Part shown: positions 28,446-38,116 of the stretch, piece by piece | Layout: the number at the start of each line of letters is the position of its first letter | Position numbering within the stretch: the stretch's first letter is position 1 | Virus record (IMG/VR): IMGVR_UViG_3300010885_064105 | Span: 1 to 64,000 of that record | Direction: 5' to 3' (one strand) | Length of the DNA stretch: 64,000 nt | Source of the DNA: an uncultured virus (IMG/VR IMGVR_UViG_3300010885_064105) | Lineage: Duplodnaviria; Heunggongvirae; Uroviricota; Caudoviricetes | Program-made: the position numbers and the translations under genes | Notes under the pieces: generated by a model | The model's input: the letters and a program-made list of their open reading frames with translations, nothing else | Database searches by the model: none | What the model was told of the DNA's origin: nothing

Positions 28446-30069
28446 AAAATTCCAATATTCTTGTGGATGTGCTTTCGATATTGTCGGCGGAGACAATACA
28501 ATAGATAATACTTTGATAAATTTTGATCCAAAAATTGAACATCTCCCCTTAGACTGTACAAAAACCTGGGAATTAATATCTTCTGGTAACACTAAGGGTT
28601 GTTTCCAGTTAGAGTCCAGGCTTGGTAAATCTATGGCTAAAAAACTTAAACCAGAAAATATCGAACAACTATCTGGGTTAATTAGCATCCTAAGACCGGG
28701 ATGTTTGGAGGCCTATAGGGAAGGAAAAAATGTAAGTAACCACTACATTGACAAAAAGAATGCTCAAGAAAGTATTGATTATTATCATCCATCATTAGAG
28801 CCGATACTTCATACTACTTATGGAGAAATGATCTATCAAGAACAAGCTATGGAAATAGCAAAAGTTATTGCTGGTTTCGATCTTCAAGAAGCAGATATGT
28901 TAAGAAAAGCTATTGGAAAGAAAAAACCAGAAGAGATGGCTAAAATCAAACTTAAATTTCTAAATGGCTGTAAGGAAATTAATACGGTATCAATTGAACA
29001 AGCAGAAGAAATTTTTGGTTGGGTCGAAAAAAGCCAAAGATACTCCTTTAATAAAAGTCATGCTGTTTCATACGCCGTCAACGCTTATCTCTCAGCGTAT
29101 GCCAAGGCACATTTCCCCAAAGTATTTTTTGCATCATATCTAAGATTTGCTAAAGATAAAATAGATCCTAAAGCTGAAATTAAAGAGTTAGTGCAAAATG
29201 CTAATGAAATGGATATTAATGTATGTATACCAGACATTAGACATCTAAATAGACACTTTGTGTTAAGGAATCAAAAGATTTATTTTGGATTAACAGACAT
29301 CAAAGGATTTGGACAATCAATTTTTGATAAACTGAATAAACTCTTGAAGGATCGTAATCTTTACATAGATAATATGAGCTGGTTAGAGTTTTTGTTTAAT
29401 ATTCTTATAAATATTAATTCTAATGCTAGCAAAGCTCTGATACAATCTGGATCGCTATCTTTTTTGGGCAAAAGCAGAACTGCTATGCTGTTTGATTTTG
29501 GCATAGTATTAGAATTGACAAAAAGAGAATGTGATCATATAATAGCCAATTTTAGTAAATACAAAACACTGTCTGATAGTATGCACGACCTTTATCATAA
29601 TGCCAAAATAAATAAAAATAGAAAAACTATTATACTAAGTCTTATAAACTCTATTAATAAGCCACCATATTCATTAGAAGACAATCCAGAATGGATAGCA
29701 GATACTGAGGACGAGATATTGGGATGTAATATTACATGTTCTAAAGTTGATATGTATGATATCACTATGACCAACACGACATGTAAAGATTTTAAAAATA
29801 GTATTCTAAAAGACAATATTATTTTATGTTCAGAAATAGAGAATATTGGAATAACAAAAACTAAAAAAGGTAAAAATCCAGGATTAGAAATGGCTTTTGT
29901 TACAGTTAGTGACGGAACCGGACTGCTAGACTCAGTTATATTTTTTCCTGAAGCATATAAAACTTACAGAAATTTATTATTCAGTGGTAATGTTATTATT
30001 ATAAAAGGGTCTAGGGCAAAGGGCGGAGATTCACTAATTGTAGAAAAAGTTTATCTGCCTAGTACTTGA
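28438..30069 (+). CDS. dnaE: DNA polymerase III alpha, C-terminal part (fingers, HhH, OB)
   Basis: GCFQLES, LRPG, IYQEQ, LRKAIGKK, YSFNKSHA, GLTDIKGFG, MAFVTVSD. Confidence 0.93.
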   Translation: MSKKFQYSCGCAFDIVGGDNTIDNTLINFDPKIEHLPLDCTKTWELISSGNTKGCFQLESRLGKSMAKKLKPENIEQLSGLISILRPGCLEAYREGKNVSNHYIDKKNAQESIDYYHPSLEPILHTTYGEMIYQEQAMEIAKVIAGFDLQEADMLRKAIGKKKPEEMAKIKLKFLNGCKEINTVSIEQAEEIFGWVEKSQRYSFNKSHAVSYAVNAYLSAYAKAHFPKVFFASYLRFAKDKIDPKAEIKELVQNANEMDINVCIPDIRHLNRHFVLRNQKIYFGLTDIKGFGQSIFDKLNKLLKDRNLYIDNMSWLEFLFNILININSNASKALIQSGSLSFLGKSRTAMLFDFGIVLELTKRECDHIIANFSKYKTLSDSMHDLYHNAKINKNRKTIILSLINSINKPPYSLEDNPEWIADTEDEILGCNITCSKVDMYDITMTNTTCKDFKNSILKDNIILCSEIENIGITKTKKGKNPGLEMAFVTVSDGTGLLDSVIFFPEAYKTYRNLLFSGNVIIIKGSRAKGGDSLIVEKVYLPST

Positions 30070-30093
30070 CGCTGTCCCGTCAGTTCGTATTAT
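30066..30093 (+). promoter_or_regulatory. Sigma70-like promoter for ssb
   Basis: TTGACG-N16-TATTAT in the intergenic region; strong AAGGAG RBS downstream. Confidence 0.45.
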
Positions 30094-30142
30094 AAAATGA
30101 GTTCGTTGGATTTGGTTATTTTCTTTAAAAGGAGATTTGATT

Positions 30143-30529
30143 ATGAATTTGAATATCTTACGTGGTAATCTGGCCAGAGATCCTGAGCTAAGAGTAGTTA
30201 GTACCAATGGCAAGCAAACTTCTGTAGTTAATTTTACAGTTGCTGTTTCTCGTGAGTATACTAAGGCTAATGGAGAAAAGGATAAGATTACCACATTTGT
30301 TCCGTGTGAAGCTTGGGATACTGGAGCTGAAATTATTAGCCAGTCCTTTAAAAAGGGTGATTTGGTTTTGGTTGAGGGGTCTCTTAGGAATGATTCTTGG
30401 GAAAAGGATGGAGTTAAACATAATACTCTTAAGATAAGAGTTAATAATTTTTCTAAGATTACTAAGCTTTCTAATAACAACAAGAAGAGCACTAAGGAAA
30501 TTTCAGAAGAGGAAGTTGTTAGTTTCTGA
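30143..30529 (+). CDS. ssb: Single-stranded DNA-binding protein
   Basis: GNLARDPELR, FTVAV, W, KGDLVLVEGSL, acidic C-tail EEEVVSF. Confidence 0.95.
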   Translation: MNLNILRGNLARDPELRVVSTNGKQTSVVNFTVAVSREYTKANGEKDKITTFVPCEAWDTGAEIISQSFKKGDLVLVEGSLRNDSWEKDGVKHNTLKIRVNNFSKITKLSNNNKKSTKEISEEEVVSF

Positions 30530-30570
30530 ATTACTAATTACTAAATAACTTTTTATAAACCAATACGAGA

Positions 30571-30590
30571 AGGGGGGTTAATAGCCCCCT
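30571..30590 (+). terminator. GC hairpin after ssb, possible terminator
   Basis: GGGGG...CCCCC stem; U-tract is weak. Confidence 0.45.
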
Positions 30591-30601
30591 ATCTATTTCT
30601 T

Positions 30602-32272
30602 ATGTCTAATAAAAAACTCAAGATTCTCATGTGTTCCGAAGCTAGTTTTCTTAGTTCTGGTTTCGGTACATATGCTAAAGAAATTCTTAAAAGACTACAC
30701 GATACTGGCAAATATGAAATAGCAGAATTTGCTTCATATGGCAAAGTAAATGATCCAAAAGATATTAATATAAGATGGAGATATTATGCTAATGCCGTAG
30801 ACGATAAAGACCCAAGACATAAAGAATACAATAGTTCTGCGGAAAATCAATTTGGGCGGTGGAGATTTGAAAGAGTATTATTAGACTTTCGTCCTGATGT
30901 TGTGTTTGATGTTCGAGACTATTGGATGAATTCCTACCAACAGTTTTCGCCATTAAGACCATTTTATCATTGGATTCTAATGCCAACAGTAGACTCTGCT
31001 CCTCAGCAAGAAGAATGGATTGATACATTTCTTCATGCGGACGCAATATTTACATACTCTGATTTCGGCAGAGACACACTGTTGCAACAGAGTAATAATA
31101 AGATTAATTATATAGATACTACTTCTCCTGGAGTTGATCTTAAAACATTTAATATAATTAACAATAGAAACTTATTGAGAAATTCATTAGGTATAGATTC
31201 CTCTGCATTCATTGTTGGTTCGGTAATGAGGAATCAAAAACGTAAATTAATGCCGGAATTATTCTCTGCTTTTAAACAGCTACTAAATAAATTAGAAGCA
31301 GAAAATAACCCCATAGGAGAAAAAACATATTTGTATCTTCATACCAGCTATCCTGATGCTGGGTGGGATTTACCACAACTCTTAAAAGAATATAAGGTCG
31401 GTAACAGAGTATTATTCACCTATAATTGCAAGAACTGTTCTCATTTTTGTTCATCGTTATATCAACACCCAGTAGCATTTTGTCCAAGATGTGGTCAAAA
31501 GTCTATGAGTATGCCTAACGTCAGTTCTGGAGTTACGTCCCAAGTATTAGCTGCTATAATGAATACATTTGACATGTATGTACAATATGCCATATGTGAA
31601 GGTTTTGGTATGCCTCAAGTTGAGGCAGCTGCTTGTGGTGTTCCTATAGCTTCTGTAAACTATAGCGCAATGAACGACGTTGTACATAAGCTTAATGGCT
31701 ATCCAATTCAAATTAAACAAGCTTTTAAGGAATTAGAAACTAAAGCTATTAGAGTTTATCCTGATAATGATCATCTGGTGAAAATACTTTATGACTATCT
31801 AAATATGCCAGAAGTACTAAAGAATCAAAAAAGATTTGAAACCAGAAAATTAACTGAAAATTATTATAATTGGGATTTGATTGCTAGCAAATGGGAAAAG
31901 TATTTTGATAATATACAACTAAAAGGACTGCAAGGAAAATGGGATGAAAATTTACCAACAATGACAACTATAGATAGTATTCCAGAAAATATTAATAACT
32001 ATTATGATCTATTAACTCATATAGTATCAAAGCATATGCCCAACCATCAGATAGCTTCATCTATGGTCATGTTAAATATGATGAGGGATCTTGATTATGG
32101 ATTTTCTATCAATGGAATGAGTACAGACTCATATAATATCAAAAAGACTTTAGATGTTCTAAATAATATGATCACCAATAACAATATAGTTCAAAAAGCT
32201 AAAGAAAATGATAGTAATCTAAAAAATGAAGATTTTATTGAATACGCAAACATGAAAGCTAGACTGCAATGA
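30602..32272 (+). CDS. GT4 (GT-B) glycosyltransferase with zinc-ribbon insertion
   Basis: SGFG, RNQKRK, YLHT, EGFGMPQVEAAACG; CKNC...CPRC insertion. Confidence 0.88.
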   Translation: MSNKKLKILMCSEASFLSSGFGTYAKEILKRLHDTGKYEIAEFASYGKVNDPKDINIRWRYYANAVDDKDPRHKEYNSSAENQFGRWRFERVLLDFRPDVVFDVRDYWMNSYQQFSPLRPFYHWILMPTVDSAPQQEEWIDTFLHADAIFTYSDFGRDTLLQQSNNKINYIDTTSPGVDLKTFNIINNRNLLRNSLGIDSSAFIVGSVMRNQKRKLMPELFSAFKQLLNKLEAENNPIGEKTYLYLHTSYPDAGWDLPQLLKEYKVGNRVLFTYNCKNCSHFCSSLYQHPVAFCPRCGQKSMSMPNVSSGVTSQVLAAIMNTFDMYVQYAICEGFGMPQVEAAACGVPIASVNYSAMNDVVHKLNGYPIQIKQAFKELETKAIRVYPDNDHLVKILYDYLNMPEVLKNQKRFETRKLTENYYNWDLIASKWEKYFDNIQLKGLQGKWDENLPTMTTIDSIPENINNYYDLLTHIVSKHMPNHQIASSMVMLNMMRDLDYGFSINGMSTDSYNIKKTLDVLNNMITNNNIVQKAKENDSNLKNEDFIEYANMKARLQ

Positions 32273-33393
32273 ATATACTATTTATAGGACCATATAGACA
32301 AAACGATGGCTGGGGTTCGGCAACCAAAAATTATATCAAGTCACTTGCTACACAGTATAAAAATTTAACTATAAGGCCAGTCTTTTTAGCCCAAAGTTCT
32401 AATGATGAACTAGATAATGATCTACTAAAATATGAAAATACAATTTATGATAATTATGATGTTGTAATAGAAAAAACATTACCTCATTGTTTTTTTTATG
32501 ATGGCAGATACAAAAAAAATATTGGATTAACAGAACTAGAAACTAATAATTTATCTAATTCCGAATGCATATCCAATATGAATAGAATGGATGAAATTTG
32601 GGTACCCAGTAGCCAAGAAAAGAAATGTTTGATGAAGTCAGGCGTTAATAAGCCTATCAAAGTTATATCTCAACCATTAGACACAGAATTTATAAAAAAA
32701 TATTCTGATCATAAACTAGCCTTTAGTAATATTATTGATAAAACTTTTAAGTTTTACTTTATTGGTGAGTACACAGAGCGTAAAAATATTGAAGATTTAA
32801 TTATTGCATTTAATTTGGCTTTTGATATAGATCAGCCAGTATCTATGATTTTAAAAACATCTATACCAGGAATATCTCCCTATGATAGTAATAAAATTAT
32901 AGAAGATGAAATAGAAACAATAAAAAAGAAATTAAATATTAGAACAAAATATAAAAAAGAAATTATTATTACAGATAGGCTGTCATATAAAGATGTTATC
33001 GGATTACATAATTCTTGCGATTGTTTGATTGCTCCTTCTTATGGTGAAGCCTTTTGTCGCCCAGCTGCTGAAGCTTTGTGTTTAGGTAAAACCCCAATAG
33101 TTACAGATAATACCGGTATGAATGACTTTATTAATTATGATAACGGTTTCTTGATCAAGAGTCATAGAACACCAGTATATGTGAACAACAGACCATTGTC
33201 CAAAGATTTTGATATTTATACAGCTAATGAATATTGGTATAGGCCTGATATGTATGACTTAATAAATAAAATGCAAACAGTTTATAAAATGCATAAAGAA
33301 GACCGAAAGACTCTAGAACAAAAACGAGAAATCGGAAGAAATAATACGGATCAATTTAGCTATGAAAACATAGGAAAAAAAATATGTATCTAA
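32269..33393 (+). CDS. GT4 (GT-B) glycosyltransferase
   Basis: DGWG, DEIWVPS, ERKNIE, PSYGEAFCRPAAEA. Confidence 0.88.
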   Translation: MNILFIGPYRQNDGWGSATKNYIKSLATQYKNLTIRPVFLAQSSNDELDNDLLKYENTIYDNYDVVIEKTLPHCFFYDGRYKKNIGLTELETNNLSNSECISNMNRMDEIWVPSSQEKKCLMKSGVNKPIKVISQPLDTEFIKKYSDHKLAFSNIIDKTFKFYFIGEYTERKNIEDLIIAFNLAFDIDQPVSMILKTSIPGISPYDSNKIIEDEIETIKKKLNIRTKYKKEIIITDRLSYKDVIGLHNSCDCLIAPSYGEAFCRPAAEALCLGKTPIVTDNTGMNDFINYDNGFLIKSHRTPVYVNNRPLSKDFDIYTANEYWYRPDMYDLINKMQTVYKMHKEDRKTLEQKREIGRNNTDQFSYENIGKKICI

Positions 33394-34298
33394 GTTTCAC
33401 AGTAGGAAATATACTTCAAAAATTTTCAAAAGATAAAAAAAATATTGTATATTACCAACAAAATAATCTTTTTGATCATAGTTTATTTGAATTAGAAAAT
33501 AATTATTACTTATTTAATAGCAATCAAAATAATTACGAAATGCCAAATGTTATAGATCTTCCAGAGAAGATGACGAGTTTATATAATTATAATTTATCAT
33601 TGACAAATAATATTATTGGACATTCAACATCTAGCATTCAAAATTTTCATATTAATAGTATTATATTTACACATTCATATAGGCCTAATTTTATTAAAAA
33701 AGAAGATGCCTCAATATTAAATAAGAATCTAGAAAGAGAACTAAAAGTTTTTTTTAGTGAAAACTCTAAAATCTCTTGGGGACTTAATCAAAGATCCGAG
33801 GTTATAAAATATGGTATCCCTAAATCTTTTAAAGTAATAAATAGAGATAGAGATAAAGATATATTGATATTAAACTTTAACAAGACCATTCACAACCAGC
33901 AATTACTGGCAGCTTTAAGGTCAAAAGGATACTCCTGTGATTCTTTAGATACTTGCTTCATGACTACGAGCGATATAAATGAGAAACTAAATGAATATAA
34001 TATATGCATAGATTTAGCAGATCATAACGTAATAAATATGCTTTGCGCCATCTCTGCTGGATGTAAGGTGGCAACAATTAAAACAGAAATGCTAAATAAT
34101 GACTACAATGACATTCCTGGACTCTATCTTTTAGAGTCTCCATCTGATATATTGGAGAATATTTCAACAATCATAAAAAATGATGAGAGCATAGAAAAGA
34201 AATCAGAAATAGTATCTAATATATATAGTTTTGACATTTTCTCAAATAATATAATAAGGCTTATTAATCAAATTAATCAGGAGGCATTTGTAAAATGA
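33384..34298 (+). CDS. Degenerate GT-B-like protein
   Basis: VIKYGIP, LCAISAGC resembling the GT-B C-terminal domain; operon context. Confidence 0.5.
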   Translation: MYLSFTVGNILQKFSKDKKNIVYYQQNNLFDHSLFELENNYYLFNSNQNNYEMPNVIDLPEKMTSLYNYNLSLTNNIIGHSTSSIQNFHINSIIFTHSYRPNFIKKEDASILNKNLERELKVFFSENSKISWGLNQRSEVIKYGIPKSFKVINRDRDKDILILNFNKTIHNQQLLAALRSKGYSCDSLDTCFMTTSDINEKLNEYNICIDLADHNVINMLCAISAGCKVATIKTEMLNNDYNDIPGLYLLESPSDILENISTIIKNDESIEKKSEIVSNIYSFDIFSNNIIRLINQINQEAFVK

Positions 34299-34711
34299 TA
34301 GCACAAATAAATATAGTAGTTGATGGTAAAGAAGATATTGTACAAGGATATAACAATGTTCCGGTAGGAGATGTGTCCTCAATTACAAATGGATATGTTC
34401 AAAATATAACTTTGACAACTTTAGACAAGATAGAAGCAAATAATAGGACCCCGGTATTCATTGAGTGCTTAAAGAAATTAACAATCGGTGGTCAGATAAC
34501 TGTAAAATTTTTGAATTTAATGTTGTTAGCATCTAGAATTAAGTCTAATTATATAGATGGTAATAAATTTTCAGAAATTATCTATGGATCTAAATCTTTT
34601 TGGACAGAATCAGATTTCATGGAGATCATGGCCGGTATTAGAGACTATAAGATTATTAAGATAATTAGTGAAGATCTAAATACAATAGCAGTTATTGAAA
34701 AAAATAAATGA
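34295..34711 (+). CDS. Hypothetical protein (possible degenerate methyltransferase fold)
   Basis: GGAGG RBS; ECLKKLTIGGQITV resembles the LKPGG motif. Confidence 0.5.
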   Translation: MIAQINIVVDGKEDIVQGYNNVPVGDVSSITNGYVQNITLTTLDKIEANNRTPVFIECLKKLTIGGQITVKFLNLMLLASRIKSNYIDGNKFSEIIYGSKSFWTESDFMEIMAGIRDYKIIKIISEDLNTIAVIEKNK

Positions 34712-35409
34712 TTAATATTGAATGTTTTATACTCTCATATGAAATTACCAAAGGGATGAAGTCTTATGGGCCAATTGGATTATTAAAAGCAACAAACTCA
34801 TCAAAAGAATTGATTTTGTGTCAAATAGAATGTCTGAATAAAATATTTCATAAACCATCAATAAATATTATATCTGGATTTGGAAACGAAAAACTGTATA
34901 AAAAATTATCAAAAAATATTGGGAAAATATATAACGATAAATTTGAAACGGCTAATCACGGATATGCTATGCAATTAATATTATCAAATTTTGACGAAAC
35001 AAAATATGATGGATTGTTCATAATGGATCACGGCGTACTACTCAAAGATGTAGAAATCGCGCCAGCCTCGTCTTTTAAAAGCTCTTGGGTTCTGAATCGA
35101 AAAATTAAAAAAAATGACGTTAAGAATAAATATATCGGTTCTGTGATAGATTCGGACGGTGCGGTAGATTATATTTTCTATGATGTTGGACCATTTGCGT
35201 GGTGTAATGTCGTCTATTTATCCAAAAATGATATTGTTCAATTTAAAAAAAACATTAATTTATTTTATGAAAATATGTTCTTGTTTGAAATCATTAACAA
35301 ATCCGTCAGTTCAAAGATTGTAAAATATAAAAATATTGTTATTCCAAATGATTCGTTTATAACTATAACTGGACTAAAGGACAAAAACAAAATAAAAGAA
35401 TTAATATGA
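34708..35409 (+). CDS. Sugar/choline-phosphate nucleotidyltransferase-like protein
   Basis: KGMKSYGPIGLL, IISGF, YNDKFETANHG, MFLFEIIN match the LicC/NTP-transferase pattern. Confidence 0.65.
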   Translation: MINIECFILSYEITKGMKSYGPIGLLKATNSSKELILCQIECLNKIFHKPSINIISGFGNEKLYKKLSKNIGKIYNDKFETANHGYAMQLILSNFDETKYDGLFIMDHGVLLKDVEIAPASSFKSSWVLNRKIKKNDVKNKYIGSVIDSDGAVDYIFYDVGPFAWCNVVYLSKNDIVQFKKNINLFYENMFLFEIINKSVSSKIVKYKNIVIPNDSFITITGLKDKNKIKELI

Positions 35410-36173
35410 AAAAAATATTATTGCATTTATCTGACGAAAACTCTTACAAATCTTTTATTAGGTCATTAGTTAAAAATAATGATAATGAAAAATTTCAACT
35501 AATAGGAAACTCACTTCATGGCGTGTTATTTGACACCAGCCATAAAGCTGAACCTGACATTCTTATATTTCCTTCTAGTGAATATACACAAGAATTTCAC
35601 GACTATATAACAGAATATCACAATAAAATCAGAATATTTATTTTTGCTAATAATCTTATAGTTAATACAAAGATTATTGACTTTTGGAATTCTACGAACA
35701 TTACCGTTGTTTCAAAAATAGAATGGTTTCCAGAGAAAACTCCTGAAAAATGGATTAGTTATGAATCATTATATGATGATGATATATACAAAAACTTAAA
35801 TCAGTCAAGAAATAATAAAATTGCTATTTATTTATCGTTAGATGATGAAAAAAATCATGCTTTATTATCTGAAGTTTTATATCCAAAAACTAATCTGCCG
35901 CTAGTGCTTTTTAATTCTCCAACATTTAAAAATGAGCAGAATGTTGGGATGCTAACTCCAGAAGATTCTTGTAAAGTATTAAATGTCTTTAGTAAATTGA
36001 TAGATATAGATAATAGTTTTTCTCTAGAAGCTAGCGTATGTGGAATAGATATACTAGAAAATGGAGAAAATATACAAGAAATTATTAGCAATAATTTATT
36101 AAGATCAAAAAGTGTTTATGAAAATAAATCGTACTCCTCATTTGTAAAAGAAATATTTTTACCAACTTTATAG
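35406..36173 (+). CDS. Hypothetical protein, possibly GT-B-like
   Basis: PDILIF, SLEASVCG motif; operon context. Confidence 0.5.
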   Translation: MKKILLHLSDENSYKSFIRSLVKNNDNEKFQLIGNSLHGVLFDTSHKAEPDILIFPSSEYTQEFHDYITEYHNKIRIFIFANNLIVNTKIIDFWNSTNITVVSKIEWFPEKTPEKWISYESLYDDDIYKNLNQSRNNKIAIYLSLDDEKNHALLSEVLYPKTNLPLVLFNSPTFKNEQNVGMLTPEDSCKVLNVFSKLIDIDNSFSLEASVCGIDILENGENIQEIISNNLLRSKSVYENKSYSSFVKEIFLPTL

Positions 36174-36185
36174 GAATTTAAATCT

Positions 36186-36650
36186 ATGGATATCGGCTTT
36201 TACCTTTTGGACATAGCGTCAGATAACGAAAAACAAGATACTATCTTAAAAAGCATAAATGAATTTTGTTCATTAAATCCCTACTATAATGTAGTTCTTT
36301 TTAATAATCAATTTGCTAAAATTGATACAAAAAAATATTATACTTTGCATATACAACAGGCTAAATATTTTACTGGTTTATTATTTATATTTGATGTTCG
36401 TAGCGCAATGTTGACTCAAACATTTCCAGCTCCCAAAAAGCAAATTTTATATACTCCAGAAGCAGAATGGTCCAAGAAGCTAGCTTTGCCGTATTCTTTT
36501 TGGAAAAATATTTATATGAAAGACAATATTGAAATTATAACAGACAATAAAGATGCATATAACTTATGTGAGATTTGTTGGAAACAGCCACTATATCTAT
36601 TAGATCAAATCAACGGTAAGGAAATTAATAATGTCGTCAATAAATTATGA
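36186..36650 (+). CDS. Hypothetical protein
   Basis: AGGA RBS; 154-aa alpha/beta ORF in the GT operon. Confidence 0.65.
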   Translation: MDIGFYLLDIASDNEKQDTILKSINEFCSLNPYYNVVLFNNQFAKIDTKKYYTLHIQQAKYFTGLLFIFDVRSAMLTQTFPAPKKQILYTPEAEWSKKLALPYSFWKNIYMKDNIEIITDNKDAYNLCEICWKQPLYLLDQINGKEINNVVNKL

Positions 36651-37422
36651 GAATTTAAATGATTCCCAAAAAAAACATATATTAGATACTTTATATTTAG
36701 AAAAAAAATTAAGTTTCCAAGATATTGCAGAAAAATATGGAACTTATGCAAATAAGCTCAGAAGAGATGCAAAAAAATTTAATATAAAAATCAGAGATAA
36801 AAGCCAAGCTCAAAAAAATGCATTGAATACAGGAAAGCATAAGCATCCAACAAAGGGAACAAGTAGACCAACAGAAGTTAAAGAAAAGATAGGTCGAGGA
36901 GTTATGCAATCATGGGACGAGCTATCTGAAGAAGAACTTAAAATAAGAAAAGATAAGAGCAGGGATAATTGGCAAACAATGAATGAAGAGATAAAATCAG
37001 GAATACTCAAATCAGCTAATGAAGCAGCTAGACTTAGTAGTAAAACTGGTTCTAAGTTAGAAAAATTTTTACTCAATAAGCTCTTGCAAGATGGTTACAG
37101 AATTGATTTTCACAAAGAGCAAATGTTATCAAATACCAAGTTGCAAATAGACCTGTTCCTGCCTACAATGAATCTAGCGATAGAGGTTGATGGTCCTTCT
37201 CATTTTTCTCCAATATGGGGCCAAGAAGCTTTAGACAGAAATAAGAAGTATGATGAAAAGAAAAATGGGCTACTAACAGGCAAGGGATTAAGTTTAATTA
37301 GGATCAAGCAAACAAAAGATTTTTCAACAGCCAGAGCATTATCTATATATGAGAAACTATTAATCATTATAACAGATCAAACTTTTAAAAAACATACACT
37401 AATAGAAATTGAGGACAACTGA
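36631..37422 (+). CDS. Vsr-like (EDxHD-type) endonuclease with N-terminal HTH/NUMOD-like region; possible homing endonuclease
   Basis: SFQDIAEKYG HTH; RPTEVKEKIG; SKLE...IDLFL...IEVDGPSHF...YDEKK. Confidence 0.7.
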   Translation: MSSINYENLNDSQKKHILDTLYLEKKLSFQDIAEKYGTYANKLRRDAKKFNIKIRDKSQAQKNALNTGKHKHPTKGTSRPTEVKEKIGRGVMQSWDELSEEELKIRKDKSRDNWQTMNEEIKSGILKSANEAARLSSKTGSKLEKFLLNKLLQDGYRIDFHKEQMLSNTKLQIDLFLPTMNLAIEVDGPSHFSPIWGQEALDRNKKYDEKKNGLLTGKGLSLIRIKQTKDFSTARALSIYEKLLIIITDQTFKKHTLIEIEDN

Positions 37423-37423
37423 A

Positions 37424-38113
37424 ATGGTCAAGGAAAAGAAAACTCCCGAAACTGAAGAACAGAAGCCTGTATCACCTAACGATACCGGGTGGACAGATCA
37501 TGTTTTGAGTATGCTTTGTGATGATGAAAAAATAGCAGGAAATCCAACAACAGACGGATTACGTAGGATATTTGAAAAAGCTTTAAATTGCAGAATGATT
37601 CAATCCACTAGTGATGTTGTTCAGTCTCCGTCTCCAGATAATGAGAAAAGAGCAACAGTAGTTCATACTCTGGTTTATCTTATAGATCAAACCGATATTG
37701 GTATTACAGTGAGTGGTGCTGCTGATGTTTTTTGGGGCAATTGTGATAAGATATATCGTAATTATCCCGTTGCTGTTGCAGAGACTAGGGCTGAGGGTAG
37801 GGCCTTAAGAAGAGCATTAAAACTTCGTAAAGTGGTAGCAGCAGAAGAGTTAGCAGCAAATGTAGACGACCACCCAGACTCCGATTCTGTATCAAAGATC
37901 AGTATCAATCAAGTAAATTTTATTGATGTAATTGCTCAAAGACTAAATATTAATGTGATTTCTTTAATAAAATCGCTTGACGTATCAGAAGCTAACGTAT
38001 ATAATATAAGTCATGAGGATGCTGTGAAAGTAATTCAGCAATTGACATCTTATCAACAAGATATGTCAAGCATTCCTCAAGATTTAATGGGCTATGATAA
38101 TAAGTGGAAATAA
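37424..38113 (+). CDS. Putative single-strand annealing protein (Rad52/Sak-like)
   Basis: GAGGA RBS; AETRAEGRALRRAL helix and EEL motif typical of phage SSAPs. Confidence 0.5.
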   Translation: MVKEKKTPETEEQKPVSPNDTGWTDHVLSMLCDDEKIAGNPTTDGLRRIFEKALNCRMIQSTSDVVQSPSPDNEKRATVVHTLVYLIDQTDIGITVSGAADVFWGNCDKIYRNYPVAVAETRAEGRALRRALKLRKVVAAEELAANVDDHPDSDSVSKISINQVNFIDVIAQRLNINVISLIKSLDVSEANVYNISHEDAVKVIQQLTSYQQDMSSIPQDLMGYDNKWK

Positions 38114-38116
38114 TTT

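Noticed and set aside
27500..28520. Split intein or group I/II intron explaining the dnaE break
   Set aside because: No intein N-terminal block or His-Asn end; the gap is fully occupied by two ordinary ORFs, leaving no room for an intron core
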